Source: Lama guanicoe
Taxonomy: Eukaryota
Length of the DNA stretch: 64,000 nt
NCBI GenBank assembly: GCA_013239625.1
Contig: MU054187.1
Span: 5,777,757-5,841,756 of the forward strand
Direction: 5' to 3'
Below are positions 1-13,220 of the stretch, one piece after another. The notes beneath the pieces were generated by a model. The model ran no database searches, had not been told where the DNA came from, and saw nothing but the letters and a program-made list of their open reading frames with translations. A program made the position numbers and the translations under genes. Within the stretch, counting starts at the first letter, position 1. Each line of letters starts with the position of its first letter.

Positions 1-1067
1 AATCAACCAAACTTCAATTTAAAAAAAAAAAAGGCTAAAACTATAAGGCTACTTTCAAATATCAACAGAGAAATATCTTAGAGGTATTTATAAGAGGAAA
101 TTATTATAATTAAAATTATTGAAATTATATGCCGGCTAAAAAAAGCAGGTTTCAAAAGGCCCCTTCCTCAACCCTCTTTGGAAAATTCAGTTACTAAGGA
201 CCACTATGCTAACATTGCTGTTTCAATCCCAGGCAATCCAAAGGCAGCCCAGGACCAGACAGCGTGGGCAACGGTTTCTGGCCCTGACTGGCGACAGTAA
301 ATCCCTGTGTTACTATAAACAATGACTCGGTCTCTCCAGCCCTTGGTTTCTTTTCTGTAAGAGCGGGAAGAGGAAGCCTAAAATTTCCAGGGCCTCTTTC
401 ACCTCTACATCTTTTATTACATCAAGCAGATGGTAAGACAAAGTTTAAAAGATTCACCTTAGGAACTGGATTGAATTCTTACCTTTGAAAGCGTATGGCC
501 TGCTTTTGTACATTTCACTAAACTTATATACTACTCTTTGCCCACCAAGGGGCTCAGATCTCAACTTTATATTGTCTATATCCGCCAAGGTCTTTGCCGG
601 TCTTATTTTATCAGTGTTTTCTATGAGGCACTTCGAATGACCTTAGAGTGAAAATTATAATAACAGATAGCGAAAAGAATCTACTACATGATTATAGTAT
701 TGATTTTTCTTAGATTTTTGCAGTAAGCCAGGGTCCAAAAATATTCTCTGAAATTCATTTTCATCAATAAAATGAACTCCGTCTTCAGAAGACATTTTCT
801 AAATCATTTCATAAAGACCCTGAATGTCACTCTGCAGAAAAGTTTCCAATAAGCAAATGAACCATTTTCTACCGATGAATGTGGCTGCTCAGACGTGACC
901 CGTAACGGTCAAGTTTTCTATTTTTAAGATATCCACAGTTCCCTGTAAAAGTGTTTAGTGTCACCTCTAGGTCGTAAAATGGAGAGAGAACAAGAAGCAT
1001 TTCTGCAAAGTGAGTTAGAAATGAGCATCTCTGAGCAGCGTAACAAGCACTGCCGGGGGCCACTTAC

Positions 1068-1163
1068 CTGAACAAACAGAGCGATGATGGTGATTCCATG
1101 GGGCTTCCCCACAGCCTCATCAATACTGCCGAACAGGGTGGCGTTCCAGTGGATCAGGTGGAG
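1068..1163 (-). CDS. CA8: CA8 coding exon 4; gene continues past the left edge of the window
   Basis: Acceptor ccttgctcacccag| and donor |GTAAGT; 96 nt, phase 0-0; [32 protein letters not shown]. Confidence 0.98.
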
Positions 1164-2121
1164 CTGGGTGAGCAAGGACAGACACGTGAGCTTGTCACTT
1201 CATGTAAAGATGCATCAGCTTCCCCTTGACCTTGACCGTATCAACATGGTACCATACGCAACAGGAGTATCACAAATAGACACAAAGAGACTGCTGGTTC
1301 AACACTGGCTCTCTGCGTGAATTCCTTCCTTCTCGTTTCCGAGCAGAAGCGGGGCTTAACGGATCACGTCCTCTCAAGGCCTGCCTTAGCGTTCATCAGG
1401 AGCACATCACAGGGGGCTCTCAGGTTTCACACTGAGTCAGTCGCCCTTCCTTAAACGCCATCCCCTCTGGCTCACTCACGCAGAGGCTAAGGACCCGCGT
1501 ACTCCAGTACCCTGTGGCCCAGTGCTTCCATCAAGGATAATACAAAGCCAGTCTCGAATTCTGTGAACGATTTCAACTCAGAACTATCCAGAGATAGCAT
1601 CCTAGAAAAAGTGCTGCACCTTCTTACAGCAGGGTAACGTAATGGATGCTGATGCAGCGCTCTTCCTGCCCTGGAGATAAAACGCTATCTGTGAAGGAAT
1701 GACGAACAATGCTCTAGAGAACTCCCTCACGCCTAGCCGCATAAAACTCCGCAGCTTTCAAGTTTATCTGGAATATGCACTTGCTCCCACAGCGCTGATA
1801 AAACACTCGCGAGAAGCCAAATTCAATTCCCTGGTTAAAATCAAACGGCCACGGAGGGTCTCAGTATAACGACAGCCAGGTAAACCTGCCTAGAACACTC
1901 ATCTTCACCACTTCAGCTTTAATCAAGTCATCATGACACACCACCTTAAAACACAGCCTCACTTAAAAATTAGTTTTAATCCAAAAGGACATACTAAAAT
2001 TCAATCACCCTGTCATTTTAGCATCCGTATTAAAATATTAAGGAAAATTGTCGGGAGGATTGCCATGTATTTGAAATTTCTCCTGCTGAATTTGTCCAAC
2101 TGGCACTGAAGATTCTGGAGC

Positions 2122-2140
2122 TGGCCACTAGAGGGAGGTA
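2122..2140 (+). promoter_or_regulatory. Candidate CTCF binding site
   Basis: TGGCCACTAGAGGGAGGTA closely matches the CTCF core TGGCCAC(C/T)AG(G/A)GGGCGCTA. Confidence 0.55.
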
Positions 2141-2669
2141 ATGAGAGCTCTGCCTATACCAGAAACCATAACCCGGGGTAGGTCAGGCTATGAAAAGCCC
2201 ACGTGGACTCCGACCGCCCAGTAAGTGCAGCCGTCAAGGCACTGCCTTTAAGGAAGCGATGTTCTGTTACCTCTCAATTAATAATGAAAGACAGATCCAT
2301 TTAATCTTTCCTTTGCTGGCTGCAACAATCACTGTGGAGTCCCAGTGGTACAGATAAGTGTACAGTGGTACAGATAAGAATGGATTGCCTTAATTAAATC
2401 AACAACAAAAGCCCAAGGTCGAAATCTATTTTTATTTGACAAATTGCAAAGTTCAAATCAACACTTTGCTTGCTTCTCATAGTGACAGTATGGAGTTTTG
2501 TTCTTTTTCTTTCTTTCTTTTTTTCTTTCTTTTTTTTTCTGTGAAACAAACCAAAAAAGCCTATTCGGGGATTTTTGTGGGTTTTTTTGCCACTCCTTGT
2601 AATTCAGCAACATCCCTGATCACACCTGCTCTTCAAAAGTTACTTCACATGTTTTTGTGTTTAAAAAAT

Positions 2670-3110
2670 TGAGGGTCCCGGAGCTTCCCAGCTGGTGAAC
2701 ACGTGGAGATTTGGGGAGAGCGGTGCACTTGGAAAGGGCCTGGGAGCCTCACCACCTTTCCCCATGCCTTGCCCTGGCTCTCCTCCATCTGGCTGCTCCC
2801 AAGATGTATTCTTTCACAATAAAGTGGTGACCTAGGAAGTACAATGTTTCTCTGAGCTCTGTGAGCTGCACTAGCCAGTTACTCTAACCCAAGGAGGGGG
2901 TCTTTGTAACCTTCTAACTATGATGAGTCCCTCAGAAGCACAGGTGACAACCAGGACTTGTGACTGGCTTCTGAAGTAGGGGGAGGAGGGCAGTCTTGTA
3001 GCACTGAGCCTTGAGCCCGTGGGGCCTGATGCCGCCTCTAGGTAGACTGTGAGAACTGAGTTGAACGGCAGGACACACAACCGGTGTCAGAGAACTTCTC
3101 GTGGGGTGGA
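2670..3110 (+). mobile_element. MER21-like LTR fragment
   Basis: Resembles the MER21 consensus (gagcttcc..ggtgaacacgtggag, aataaa, gtttctctgagctctgtgagc, ggacttgtgactggc); recognised by eye. Confidence 0.7.
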
Positions 3111-3399
3111 ACCCCCGCTACCCCACGTCGGAACTGGGCATGTAACCACAGAGCCATGCCATCTGTGGGAAAGTAAAAGTAAAGAAGAGTGTCTGCCCCT
3201 TTATCAGATCCATTCCTAACCGCCTGGAATGCACCACAAGAGGAGGCTGGAAGGATGGAGAAACCCTCATTCGTTTTGCATGAAGAGCTGGAAGTAAGTG
3301 GCTTTAAAGTCAAGTAATACAGTAAAACGTTTTTTGGCTAATTACAAAATCGAATAAAACCAAGGAAGATTGATAATAAAATACAGAACTATGTTGTTG

Positions 3400-3990
3400 T
3401 TTTTTTTTTTAATGAAGGGTCCCCACTCCATAAGTGTGTGCTGCACATGGTGATTTCGTTTCCAAGGGTACAGCCTGGACGAGAACCTTGACAGTGGGGA
3501 AACACGGCCACAGGACCCAAGCCAGGTGATCAAGACCATGGGCATCAGACATGCTGACATCTGCACCCTGGACACGATGTGATAAAAATGACGTCTGACC
3601 TGTGTGGTCTTCCTCCCAATATCCTGGGACCCCAGTAACCATGAGGAAAACGTCAGACAAATCCCAGTAGAGGGACATTCTACAGAGCACCTGGCCAGTC
3701 CTTCCCACAGCCGTCAAGCTCATCAAGAACAAAGAAAGCTGAGAAAATGTCACAGCCAAGAGGGAGACGTGAGCACTGAGGAACGTGGTGCCACAGGTCG
3801 GATCTCGGAACAGAAAAAGGACGTTAGGTAAAAAGTAAGGAAACTGGACAAAATAAGGACTTAGTGTATCACTATTCGTCCACCAACTATAACTAACGTC
3901 AGATGTTAGTAACAGGGGAAACCGGGTGGGGTTAGTTGGGAATTTTCCATGCTGTCTCCACAACTTTCCTGCAAATTTAAAACCGTTCTA
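3400..3990 (+). mobile_element. Old L1 (L1MC-type) 3' end fragment
   Basis: agccaggtgatcaag, tgtggtcttcctccc, tcagacaaatcccagtagagggacattctaca and the end caactttcctgcaaatttaaaaccgttctaaaaa are typical of L1MC 3'UTR. Confidence 0.7.
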
Positions 3991-4529
3991 AAAAATACAA
4001 TCTATTTTTTTAAAAAAGAAAAATTAAGGGAAATGCTGGCACTTCCATCAACCCAAGCTAAAAAGGCTAACAGAAGCTCGCTGTGACCTTTGTGTGACTA
4101 GAGCAATAACACAAAACAAAAACATCAAGGGAATCTCTACCACCTGTTGTTCATTCTGCCATCTGGGTCTTAAATAGGGACCTGAGACTTGACGGTCCAG
4201 GAGCAAAGGAGATTCCTCCCCCACAGCCCACAACGAACCCAAACTTTAAAAACTACACTGATCTAGTACTTAACTGAGAAACCGCCTTCTCTTGGACTTG
4301 CCTTCTCTCTCATAAGACCAAACAAAACATCATCAGAGATCCCCTTTCCACACCCCTAGAGGATGGTCAATTCCAGTCCCAGGCAAGTTTCCAGCACATC
4401 CTGGAAACCAGCTGCAACCCAGCAGCAGTGACCAGGATGCTCGGTCCACAGCCATAAGTACACTCTGCATCTCTGCTGCCTCTCGCCTTTAACTCACTCT
4501 GTCCTCCCTGAGCCCTTCCTCACTCCAGC

Positions 4530-4906
4530 TGTGTTAGTTTGCTGCCGTGACAAAGTGCCACAGACTACGTGGCTTAAACCACAGAAATGCACTTTCTCAA
4601 AGATCTAGGGGCATCGATCCAAGACCAAAGTGTGATCAGGGATGATTTCTCCTGAGCTCTCTCTCATTGGCTTGCAGACGGCTGCCTCTCCCTGGGGCTC
4701 ACATCATCCTTCTGTGTGTGTTTGGGTCCAGGTGTCCTCTTCTTATAAGGACACCTGGATTAGGATCTGCCCTAATGGCCTCATTTTAGCTTAATTATCT
4801 CCATAAAGATTCTGTCTCCAAACGCAGACCCATTCTGATGCACTGGGAGTTAAGATTCAGCGTGTGAACTGGTTGGGGGTAGGGGGACACAATGCAGCCC
4901 CTAACA
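4530..4906 (-). mobile_element. MaLR LTR (MLT1B/C-like)
   Basis: gctgccgtgacaaagtgccacagact..ggcttaaa..cagaaat, cttcttataaggacacc, ggggacacaatgcagcccctaaca terminus. Confidence 0.8.
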
Positions 4907-5429
4907 CCGTCCACCTCACCCTCTCCTTTCTCCACAGCTTAATGAGGGCTCTTCAGATCTGAACAGCTCAGCTTATTCACATCCACTTCCGCTCTCCCAC
5001 AGCCCCTTCTTTACTCCTGTCCTCTTATATTCTGCCTTACACTAGTGTCGGTTCTGTTTCATAAAGCAAAGCCACAGAGACAGGAAAATCATCAGTGCAC
5101 GTGGAGAACTAAGAGTACTTTGGGGGTGACAAGAGGGGACATAAGACCGGCAGTGACAAGAGAGATGCAGCTGGAAAATTAGAGGGGTTCAGAGTGCACA
5201 GAGATTTAAATTTTAACCTATGTTTTGGGAAACACTAAAGCAATATCTTATTGTAGTGAATATTATTACTATTTATGCTGCTTAGAATGAATCAAACTCC
5301 CCTACACTGATGTCTTTCCTTCAAAAGTCCTTTCAGCAGAATGGGGATGAACGGAAGTATTTGGCACCGGAGGGTGGAAGACATGCGAGAAGGCTGCTAC
5401 AACATTTCCAACAGAAAAATTGTAAGGGT

Positions 5430-5790
5430 GTGGGATGGTTAATTTTGCATGTCATCATGGCTAGGCTACGGTGCCCAGTCATTTGGTCAAACATCAGTCT
5501 AGATGATGCTGTTAAGGTACTTTTTAGATGTGATAACGTTTGAATCAGTAGACTGAGAAAAGCAGATTACCCTCCATAATGTGGGTGGGCCTCATCCAAT
5601 CAGTTGAAGGAGAAGGCATTCTACTTCCAGAATACAATTCCAGCTGTGTTTCCAGCCTTTGGCCAGCCCTGCAGATTTTGGATTTGTCAGTTCCCACAAT
5701 CACATGAGCCAGTTCCTTAAAATAAACCTTAATTTTTCTCTCTCTCTCTCAGAATATTTAATTTTGTTTCTCCAGAGAACCCCGGCTTGT
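5430..5790 (+). mobile_element. ERVL LTR (MLT2-like)
   Basis: gatggttaatttt..., agcagattaccctccataatgtgggtgggcctcatccaatcagttgaagg, agccagttccttaaaataaa. Confidence 0.85.
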
Positions 5791-8700
5791 TAGATTGTAC
5801 AAACAGACAAACAAACAAAAAGTGTGTGGCAAGAAAAAAAGGCACAGAGATGAATGGAGGTTTAAATCTGAACAAGATTCAAAGCACCAGAAATAAAGAC
5901 AAGAGGCTCTAACAATTAAAGTGACGATGCTAAAAACTTATTCTTTTCAGACTAAACTCAGCTCCTCCGACAAAGGGGAAGAGGGGGACAAAGTGGTCCA
6001 CAGATGCTCAGAAAGAACATCTTAGAACTTCTGCTTATCTTTATTTTTACCCAATGTCTTTTTATTTCAATTTTCCTGTGTTTCACAAAATAGATTATGT
6101 ATGTCTACATACACATATAAATAAAATACATATTAGTGCATGAATTAATTTATTAATAAATACGCACATTTTAAGGATATGTGCTCCAGCGTATGTTTGG
6201 GGACAGATGAGTTGGAATGGGAAAGTGTGTGATACTAAGGATGTGGTTGAGAAAACGATGAGGCACCCACGGAGCCCAGGGGAGGCGCAGGAGAGGTCCA
6301 AGCAGATGGTTATCCACCAAGGGGACCAGGAGGGTTCTTTTCAAAGTCTAACCGTGCAGACACACTCTGGGCCGGGTGGGTCTACGGCAGGGGGCAGTAT
6401 GGAGAGGTGGGAACACTGCACCTTTGCCACTCTAACGCTAACTTAGAGGCACCAGATCTCACGCCAGTCCCGGGAATCACAAGCACAAGACGCTTGTTTC
6501 AACTCAGCTCGGGGAACGTCACACGCCACCACCCTCCTGGAGCATCAGGCTCCCTGGAAAGTCGGGAGAGCCACATCTGTGGCTCGGCCTCGTCACAGCC
6601 TTCTCCATCCTCCCGTCGGACCCTCATTACTCCCGTATTCCTGTCACATCTTGCTGTCATGAGCTTTAGTGATAGTCACCCACAGAGGCAGGGAAGCGGG
6701 GCGATGACTTTGAGAATGGAGAGCAGCTTCCCCACTTATGGTGAAGCCCAAAATTACCAACGCCGCTCCGTTTCTAAGGAGGATAAGGGCGGGACGACTG
6801 GGTCACTACACCTGCTGCCTAGACTCGGAGGGTCCCACTCTGCTTGGTCACCGCACTCCTCCCGTGACCGCAGGCAGGACCCAGCCTCACCAAGGACTCC
6901 TGGAACCTAGACCTTCTTTGTCTGTAAGTGCACAGGACAGTAGGTGACAGAGGGGCCGCCTCTTGCAGTTTGAACCCAAACTCCTACCAAGCCTGCCAGG
7001 AGCAGGAGCAGAAAAACAAGAGGACACGAGTTCTTCCTCAGCAGAAATGTGGGAGTGGAAACCCTTCTCCACCCGCTTCGGTGACTCGCCTTCCAGAGAC
7101 AAAAGACAAAAGGTTTGTCTTCCTCCCAACCTGGGAAGTCAGAGCAGAGGATCGTGGTTTTCCATCACAGTTAGAGCCAAGTCTTTCCTCACTTATTGCT
7201 GTTCCTGGCCCGCACCCCCCTCCCCACCAACCATGGCCTCTGTGTCTGTAGCCTGGTGTGTTAACCGTGGGCATATTATAAGGAAATAAAAAAGCAAAGA
7301 TCCATTATGACTCGGTCAGCATCACAACTATCACCCCTTCCTATTAAAAAAAAAAAATCTGACCCTAGGACAACAACTGTAAAGCATCCTTTTGTAGTTT
7401 TAGAGAAAATACCTGAGCTTTTGCTAAAGGGCTCGCAAATTCAAATCTCCTGCCGCTGATTATGCTGCTCGGCCATTAGCACCTGAGAAACGTTCATCTT
7501 AATGTACTGAACTCAGAGCAATAGGTAAATCTGTCCAAAGTTATGAAACTGTGACAAGCCGTAGCCTTATAATCGTTTATTTGTCACCGAGAAAAAATAA
7601 GTTTGAAGATTTCGTGGCAGCCTAACAGAACGCTATCTTCAAGACAAATGAGGTTTATTATTAACATAAATAACATGACAGCATGAAAGTACAAAAGAAT
7701 GAATCATGAGGAATGGAAAAAGCAGTAAAAACTGAAAAGGCAATTATGACTCACACATTTCTCTCCCCAGCCCTGCACTCACCCAGGTTCTGCGTGTCTC
7801 CTGTCTTCAGATGCTGAACAGACATTTCCTTTCAAATGGCTTCGTGTCCCCTCAAGCTGAATATTTCGAGAACCGACATCCATTCCCTTCAAAGCCACCA
7901 GCTCACTGTTTTCTCAACGGAGCCCCCATCCTTCCAGGCTTGAGACCTTGGACCCCCCACATTCCCTTTCTCTCCAATGCACCAAGGCTTTCCTGACCCT
8001 GAGTCATTTGTCTTTCAAGCTTAGCCAACCTCTCTACCGTAGCTCTCACCATATTTCTCTCAAACTCTCTCCTTTCCTTTATTTCCTACCCATACCAGGC
8101 TTCAATGTCTCTAACCCATCCTTCCCCAGCCTAACCAGCCCGAAAATACTCAAGTCAGTGTGATTCCTGACCCCTCACCACGCCCTCCCAATTCCACATC
8201 TGTTCCACTCACCTGGAATGCTGTTCCCCACAGTCCTACCACTCATTCAAGTTCTACCCACGCTCCTAGGCCTTGATAGACATTTGACGGATAGATTGGA
8301 GGTGGAGATGATGGAGAGGGAGACAGAGATAACCTGAACCAACAGATATGAAGGGAAAGGAACACCTGGGGTTTCCACTCTAAATCACTAACGAAAGCAG
8401 GAAGAGTCCAGTTTTGGGTAAGAGTTGAAAGTTCCACTGTTACAGTCAAACTGGTTTCCATCAGTATGAGATGCAGAAAGCGGACTGCCTTGAGAAGCAG
8501 GGGCCAGAGGTACAGATCACAGACACCCCGAGATACCCAGCGAGCCGGCCTTACAAGGTCAGTTCCCCCAGGATCAAGTCACAAGAGGGATGGACGGAAG
8601 GGCAAGGACTGAGCTCTGGGAAAGGATGAGATGGAGAAAAGGGGAATACCAAAGACGCAGGAGGAAATTCCAAGGTCCTGTTAGGACAGAAGAGAAAAGA

Positions 8701-9420
8701 CTTTCTAGAGGAACGTGTGGCCAGCAGGGTCAAGGCTCTAAGACCAACAAAGCTGCAATAGCTGGGAAGAAACGAGAGACAACGAGGACAGAACAAGACT
8801 GGGACCGACTTCTCTGTGATTACTGAGAGAAGCGGAGGCAGGAGGTAAAGGCACTGGGATGAAGGACCAGGGTAGGGCGTGGGCCGTGAGGATCAGAAGA
8901 CAGACGTCAAAAGGCAGCTGAGGTGAGGGCTAGGAGATTTTTTTAAATAAGAAGAATCAGGATGCCTTAGTCTAAACGAAACTCACCTTTCACCTGCAGT
9001 TTTCTTTTAATCTGTTCTTTCACTGGGCAAAAGTAAAAGCAGAAAGAGCCATAGGCTGCTATTAACTTTGAAAAATCAGAAGTCCTCAATGCACCTAGGA
9101 AATCGGGTGCAACCGAACCTGAAAACCATTCTTCTGCAAACTGTATTTATGAAGAACCTTCCTCTGAGCTAAGCCACAACACAGCACAGTCACAGAGGAA
9201 AAGGAGTCACCAAGAGCAGGTCCCGGTTTCTGGGTCCTGATTTTGCTTCATTGCTTTTGTCGGTCCCAAAGAAATCCAAGCATGGAGAGTTGTAGCGGCT
9301 CTCCCACTAGATTCTGAGTTTCAGAAGCTGAGTTTCTCACCTCCCCTGTGCTCTGGCACCGCCCAAACATCCATTCTCAGCACACTCGGAAAAAGTTACA
9401 AAACTGGAAAAGGAAAAAAA

Positions 9421-9660
9421 TTAGGAGTTTGGGACTAATGTAGACACACTACTATATATAAAATAGATAAACAACAAGGACCTACTGTATAGCTCGGGGA
9501 ACTATACTCAGTATTTTTAATAACCTATACTGGAAAAGAATCTGAAAAGAACATACATGTATATATCTATATGTAGATGTGTAACTGAATCACTTTACTG
9601 TACACCTGAAACTAACACATTATAAATCTCCAAACTTCAACAAAAAATAAGTAAATTTTT
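9421..9660 (+). mobile_element. 5'-truncated L1 3' end (artiodactyl-type)
   Basis: tatataaaatagataaacaacaaggacctactgtatagc...aactgaatcacttt.ctgtacacctgaaactaacac plus A-rich tail. Confidence 0.85.
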
Positions 9661-11119
9661 TAAGAAAAGAAAACAAAAAGAGGTTGACGTCTCAATTTCA
9701 TTTATGGTACTGAGGTCTGAAAGAAAGACGATATTAAGTATTGGAATTTTAAAAAATGAAACGGAGACTGGAAGGGAAATGTCTGAGTAACAAAATGGGA
9801 GCGTGAACAACTGGAAGACGGCACAGAAAGCACCTCTCTCCTTAGAGCCACTCCTAATGCCACGGAACAGCCACCCACCTGCAGACAAACTGAGATCTAC
9901 TGCCCGGCATTTTCAGGTGCTGCTGCACTTTACGACGTCACCGTCAATGTATTATGCAGCTATTATTCAGAGAAGGACATTCAAGGTGTTGACAGATGTA
10001 ACAGTGGCAAACCGCTGTAAAGCAGGGAATGGAAAAGAAATTATTTGAAATTCTAACTGTCACCGACTTGTCATGTTTGCCTAAACTTAATTATATACTT
10101 TCTTATATCAGAAAAAGAGAAATAGGAGGCTGCACTGGGGCATTTCAGAGCAACTTCATCTATGAACACATTAACATCAAAAGGTGTTTGTCGTGTTCTT
10201 AAGGCTCTGAATCCTCAATTTAAAAAGGCACTAGTTCGTGTAATTTATGAAAAGGCTTTTTTCCAAAGCAGAACGATTTCCTCTTTGAATGCTTATTTCC
10301 TTTTGTTTACTTTGATTTTACTGCCCTCTTAGGGACAAGGTATCGTAATACTGTTAGGGCTTTTTTTCCCAAAAAACAAAGCTTCCTTTAGGAAATCCAC
10401 GATGGAAACTTAGAAAAGGTGTGTTGGGGCAGTCATGGGAATCAAAGGAAAAAAAAAAATACATCATGTTGAAATATTTTATATTTAATGCAAGATCAGG
10501 AGCAATTGAAACCAATTCATTGACATTGGTTTCTGGGTTTTCCAAGAAACATCCTCTGTCTAATTTTCTGAAAAAGGAAATCTGAATTGTGGGATACAGT
10601 TGCAATTAAAGTGGCTGTAACTTAAATTCTCTAAATTTCATTTTTTATAAAATAATGAAAGTAAAGAAGTTGTCAAAGGGTCTTGATGTTACAGAAGATA
10701 AGTCATCTATTGGTTGCATCTGCACACTCTGCACAGCGAACCAGTGAGCAATGGCGGTATTCAACCCCCTCTGCCCCCAAAGCACACTTGACAAAAGAGC
10801 TCTAAACTCATGGCAGCATTCATCATAACATTTATTGGGTACCAATAATATCTAGGGTTTCAGTGTACATGGCTTTCAACATTGGAATCACAAAGACCTC
10901 AAATGGTTTTGTAAAAGAATGCAGGGTGTGAATAAGTAAAAAGATGAAATTGATAGTTCAACAGAAGGAAAGGATGAGCGAAAAGGGTCTGTGGGCACTG
11001 TGACAGAGGCCACTTTGGGGAAGTGCACTTACTTAATGAGCACTGGTGTGACACGCTCAGCCGGGCGCTGCTCCCTACAGACCTGCCCTCACCCGGCCCT
11101 CGCTATCATCTTTATGGCG

Positions 11120-11260
11120 GTAGATGCCTTGACTGCTGCTCACATCCCATCTTAATAAGAAGGGAAAGGAGGCACAGAGAGTGAAGTGGCCGGTCCAGGG
11201 CCACACACAGCTGACACGTGACAGAGCCAGGACCTGGCCCAGGAGGTTTGGCTCCAGCAC
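11120..11260 (-). mobile_element. MIR SINE
   Basis: gaggcacagagagtgaagtggccggtccagggccacacacagct...agagccaggac core. Confidence 0.6.
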
Positions 11261-12229
11261 CTCTATGCGAGCTCTCTCCAAAGAGGGAGGGGAGGCAGCC
11301 GACGGATGGGGGTAGAACTCACAGAACGCGTGGAGGAAGGACCCGCAGTGTTCTCCAAAGAGATGGGGAAAGCCAGGGAAAAGGAATGGGGAGTGTGCAG
11401 CCCAAGAAATGGCGAGACTCCAGCCAGGCCGCACGCGACGTCGAGCGCACATGGCACCAAGGGCACACCTGGTGTGAATGACCCGTCGTCTCACTACGAG
11501 CTCCTGGCAGAATTACCTGAGTCCTCCGTGTCTCAGCTGCACCACAAAGGTCAGACACCCAACGCGTCAGGCAATGACAAGGGCAAGAGGCCTTATCTGC
11601 AGAGCTCCTGGTAAATGTCAAGTAAGTGCTGGCGAGAGCCAGGCAGAGCCGAGAGAAGCCGGAGGTGCCGACGGAAAGGCGGGCAGGGTTGTGTTTAAAG
11701 AGCTCGGTCTTTGAAAACGAAGGTGTACTCATCAACCTTCCGGCTGGGTATTTTCTCATTATGCTGCTGAACCCAGCTACTTCTTTTCTTAAGGTTTGGT
11801 GGTAACTAACAATGCTTTCCATTGTAGAGAGCCAGGTCAGTCGCCAATTCAAACGCCTCCAGGAAGCAGGCTGATAAATGAGGCAAAGATGGGGTGAAAC
11901 GGGGAGGAGGGAGCTGTGAAACAGGAAACCAGTGCCCTTCCCAAAGGTGCTTAAATTCCCAAATGTAAAAAACACAGTGCCAGCGGGATCCACCCCTAAA
12001 TCCAGCCCCAAAGAGCCCCAGTTTGCAGCCCCCTTGAGAATATCATTCACAGTCTCACACAAGGGCTCCTGCCCGGCAGTGAAGATAGAAGCATCAGCAA
12101 GAAGCGGCCTCTGCCTCCTGCCAGGACATCCGGCCGTCCTCTCCTCCTTCCTCCCCATGTGCTGGTTGAGCCAACACTGGCCCCTGCCCGGCTCCATTCT
12201 TCACTGCCCCTTCGAGGGACCTTGGTCCA

Positions 12230-13220
12230 TCGCTCTTTGGCCAGATGTCTCCCTCTCTGTTATCTCCTTCTCATCCTCAGTTAAATACGCACAGATTCTT
12301 CTCACCTTTAAAATATACAAACCCTGCCTTGACCTCACATACCTTCCTACGACTTTCTCTTCCCTGCAGACGTTTTCAAAAACTTAATCTACACAACCCA
12401 TCACTGCGATCACCCTGCTGGTTTCCTCCACAAGCCCTGAACTCCACCATGCATCCTTTCCCTTTAGTGAAACTGCTCTCTCCAGTTCGCCAGAGCCTTC
12501 TTTGCTAACTCACACCCCTTTGGCTGGGGCTGACCTGACCGCTCTACAGCACCTGAGCCCCCCCACCGCCTGCTCTTCCCAAAAACCCGCCCCGTCCTGT
12601 GGGTTCCATGCATCCCCCTCTCTGGTTTCCCCCTCCTCCTTGATACATGGGTTTCATTCCCTGGCGCACCCCGAGCGGCACGTCTACCGAGGCCCCCATG
12701 CTCTCACCTCTTCCCTTCCTATGAGCGTATTCCTATCGGGTGACTGTGTCCACATCACGTGCTCGTTTGTCATCTAGACGCCCATGATTCCCAAATCAAC
12801 GCCTCTAACCAAAAATCTCTGTCCTGAGTCTAGACTCCTTTACTAAACTACCTCCTAAAAATTTTTCCAACTTGGCATTTCATAACCGAAGTCCCGCCAC
12901 AACCCTTCAGACCCGTCTCCATCTTTGCTCCCAACTCTGTTAACAGACCCAAGCCAGAAATCTCTCCCATCCTCCTCTTCCCTTACAAACAACCAAGAAC
13001 TGTGTCCTGACATTTTCTACCTCCTTAAAATCTCCCAAATCCATCCACCTGGCTTATTCCCATGAGCAATTTCCTTAGTGTAGATCGCCCAGGCCTCTTA
13101 ACCTGTCTCCACGCCTCCAAAGTTGCCTTTTCAAATTCATCCTCCATCTTGCAGTTCCATCACATCGCTGTCCTGGGAAAGTCCATCGCAGGCTTCTCAC
13201 TGTCCACAGGGCACGGTCCA
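12230..13220 (+). mobile_element. L2 fragment (degenerate)
   Basis: Pyrimidine-rich strand with gattcccaaatc..., ctgagtctagactc, aagccagaaatctc, ctccttaaaatctcccaaatccatcc motifs typical of L2. Confidence 0.55.

Noticed and set aside
477..840. Cryptic exon in intron 4 (donor AAG|GTAAGA at 482, acceptor at ~832)
   Set aside because: Would be ~349 nt and AT-rich with only a short pyrimidine tract; isolated donors are common
11319..12197. 292-aa minus-strand ORF and overlapping ORFs
   Set aside because: No recognisable domain, intronic, and open in several frames as expected for GC-richer DNA
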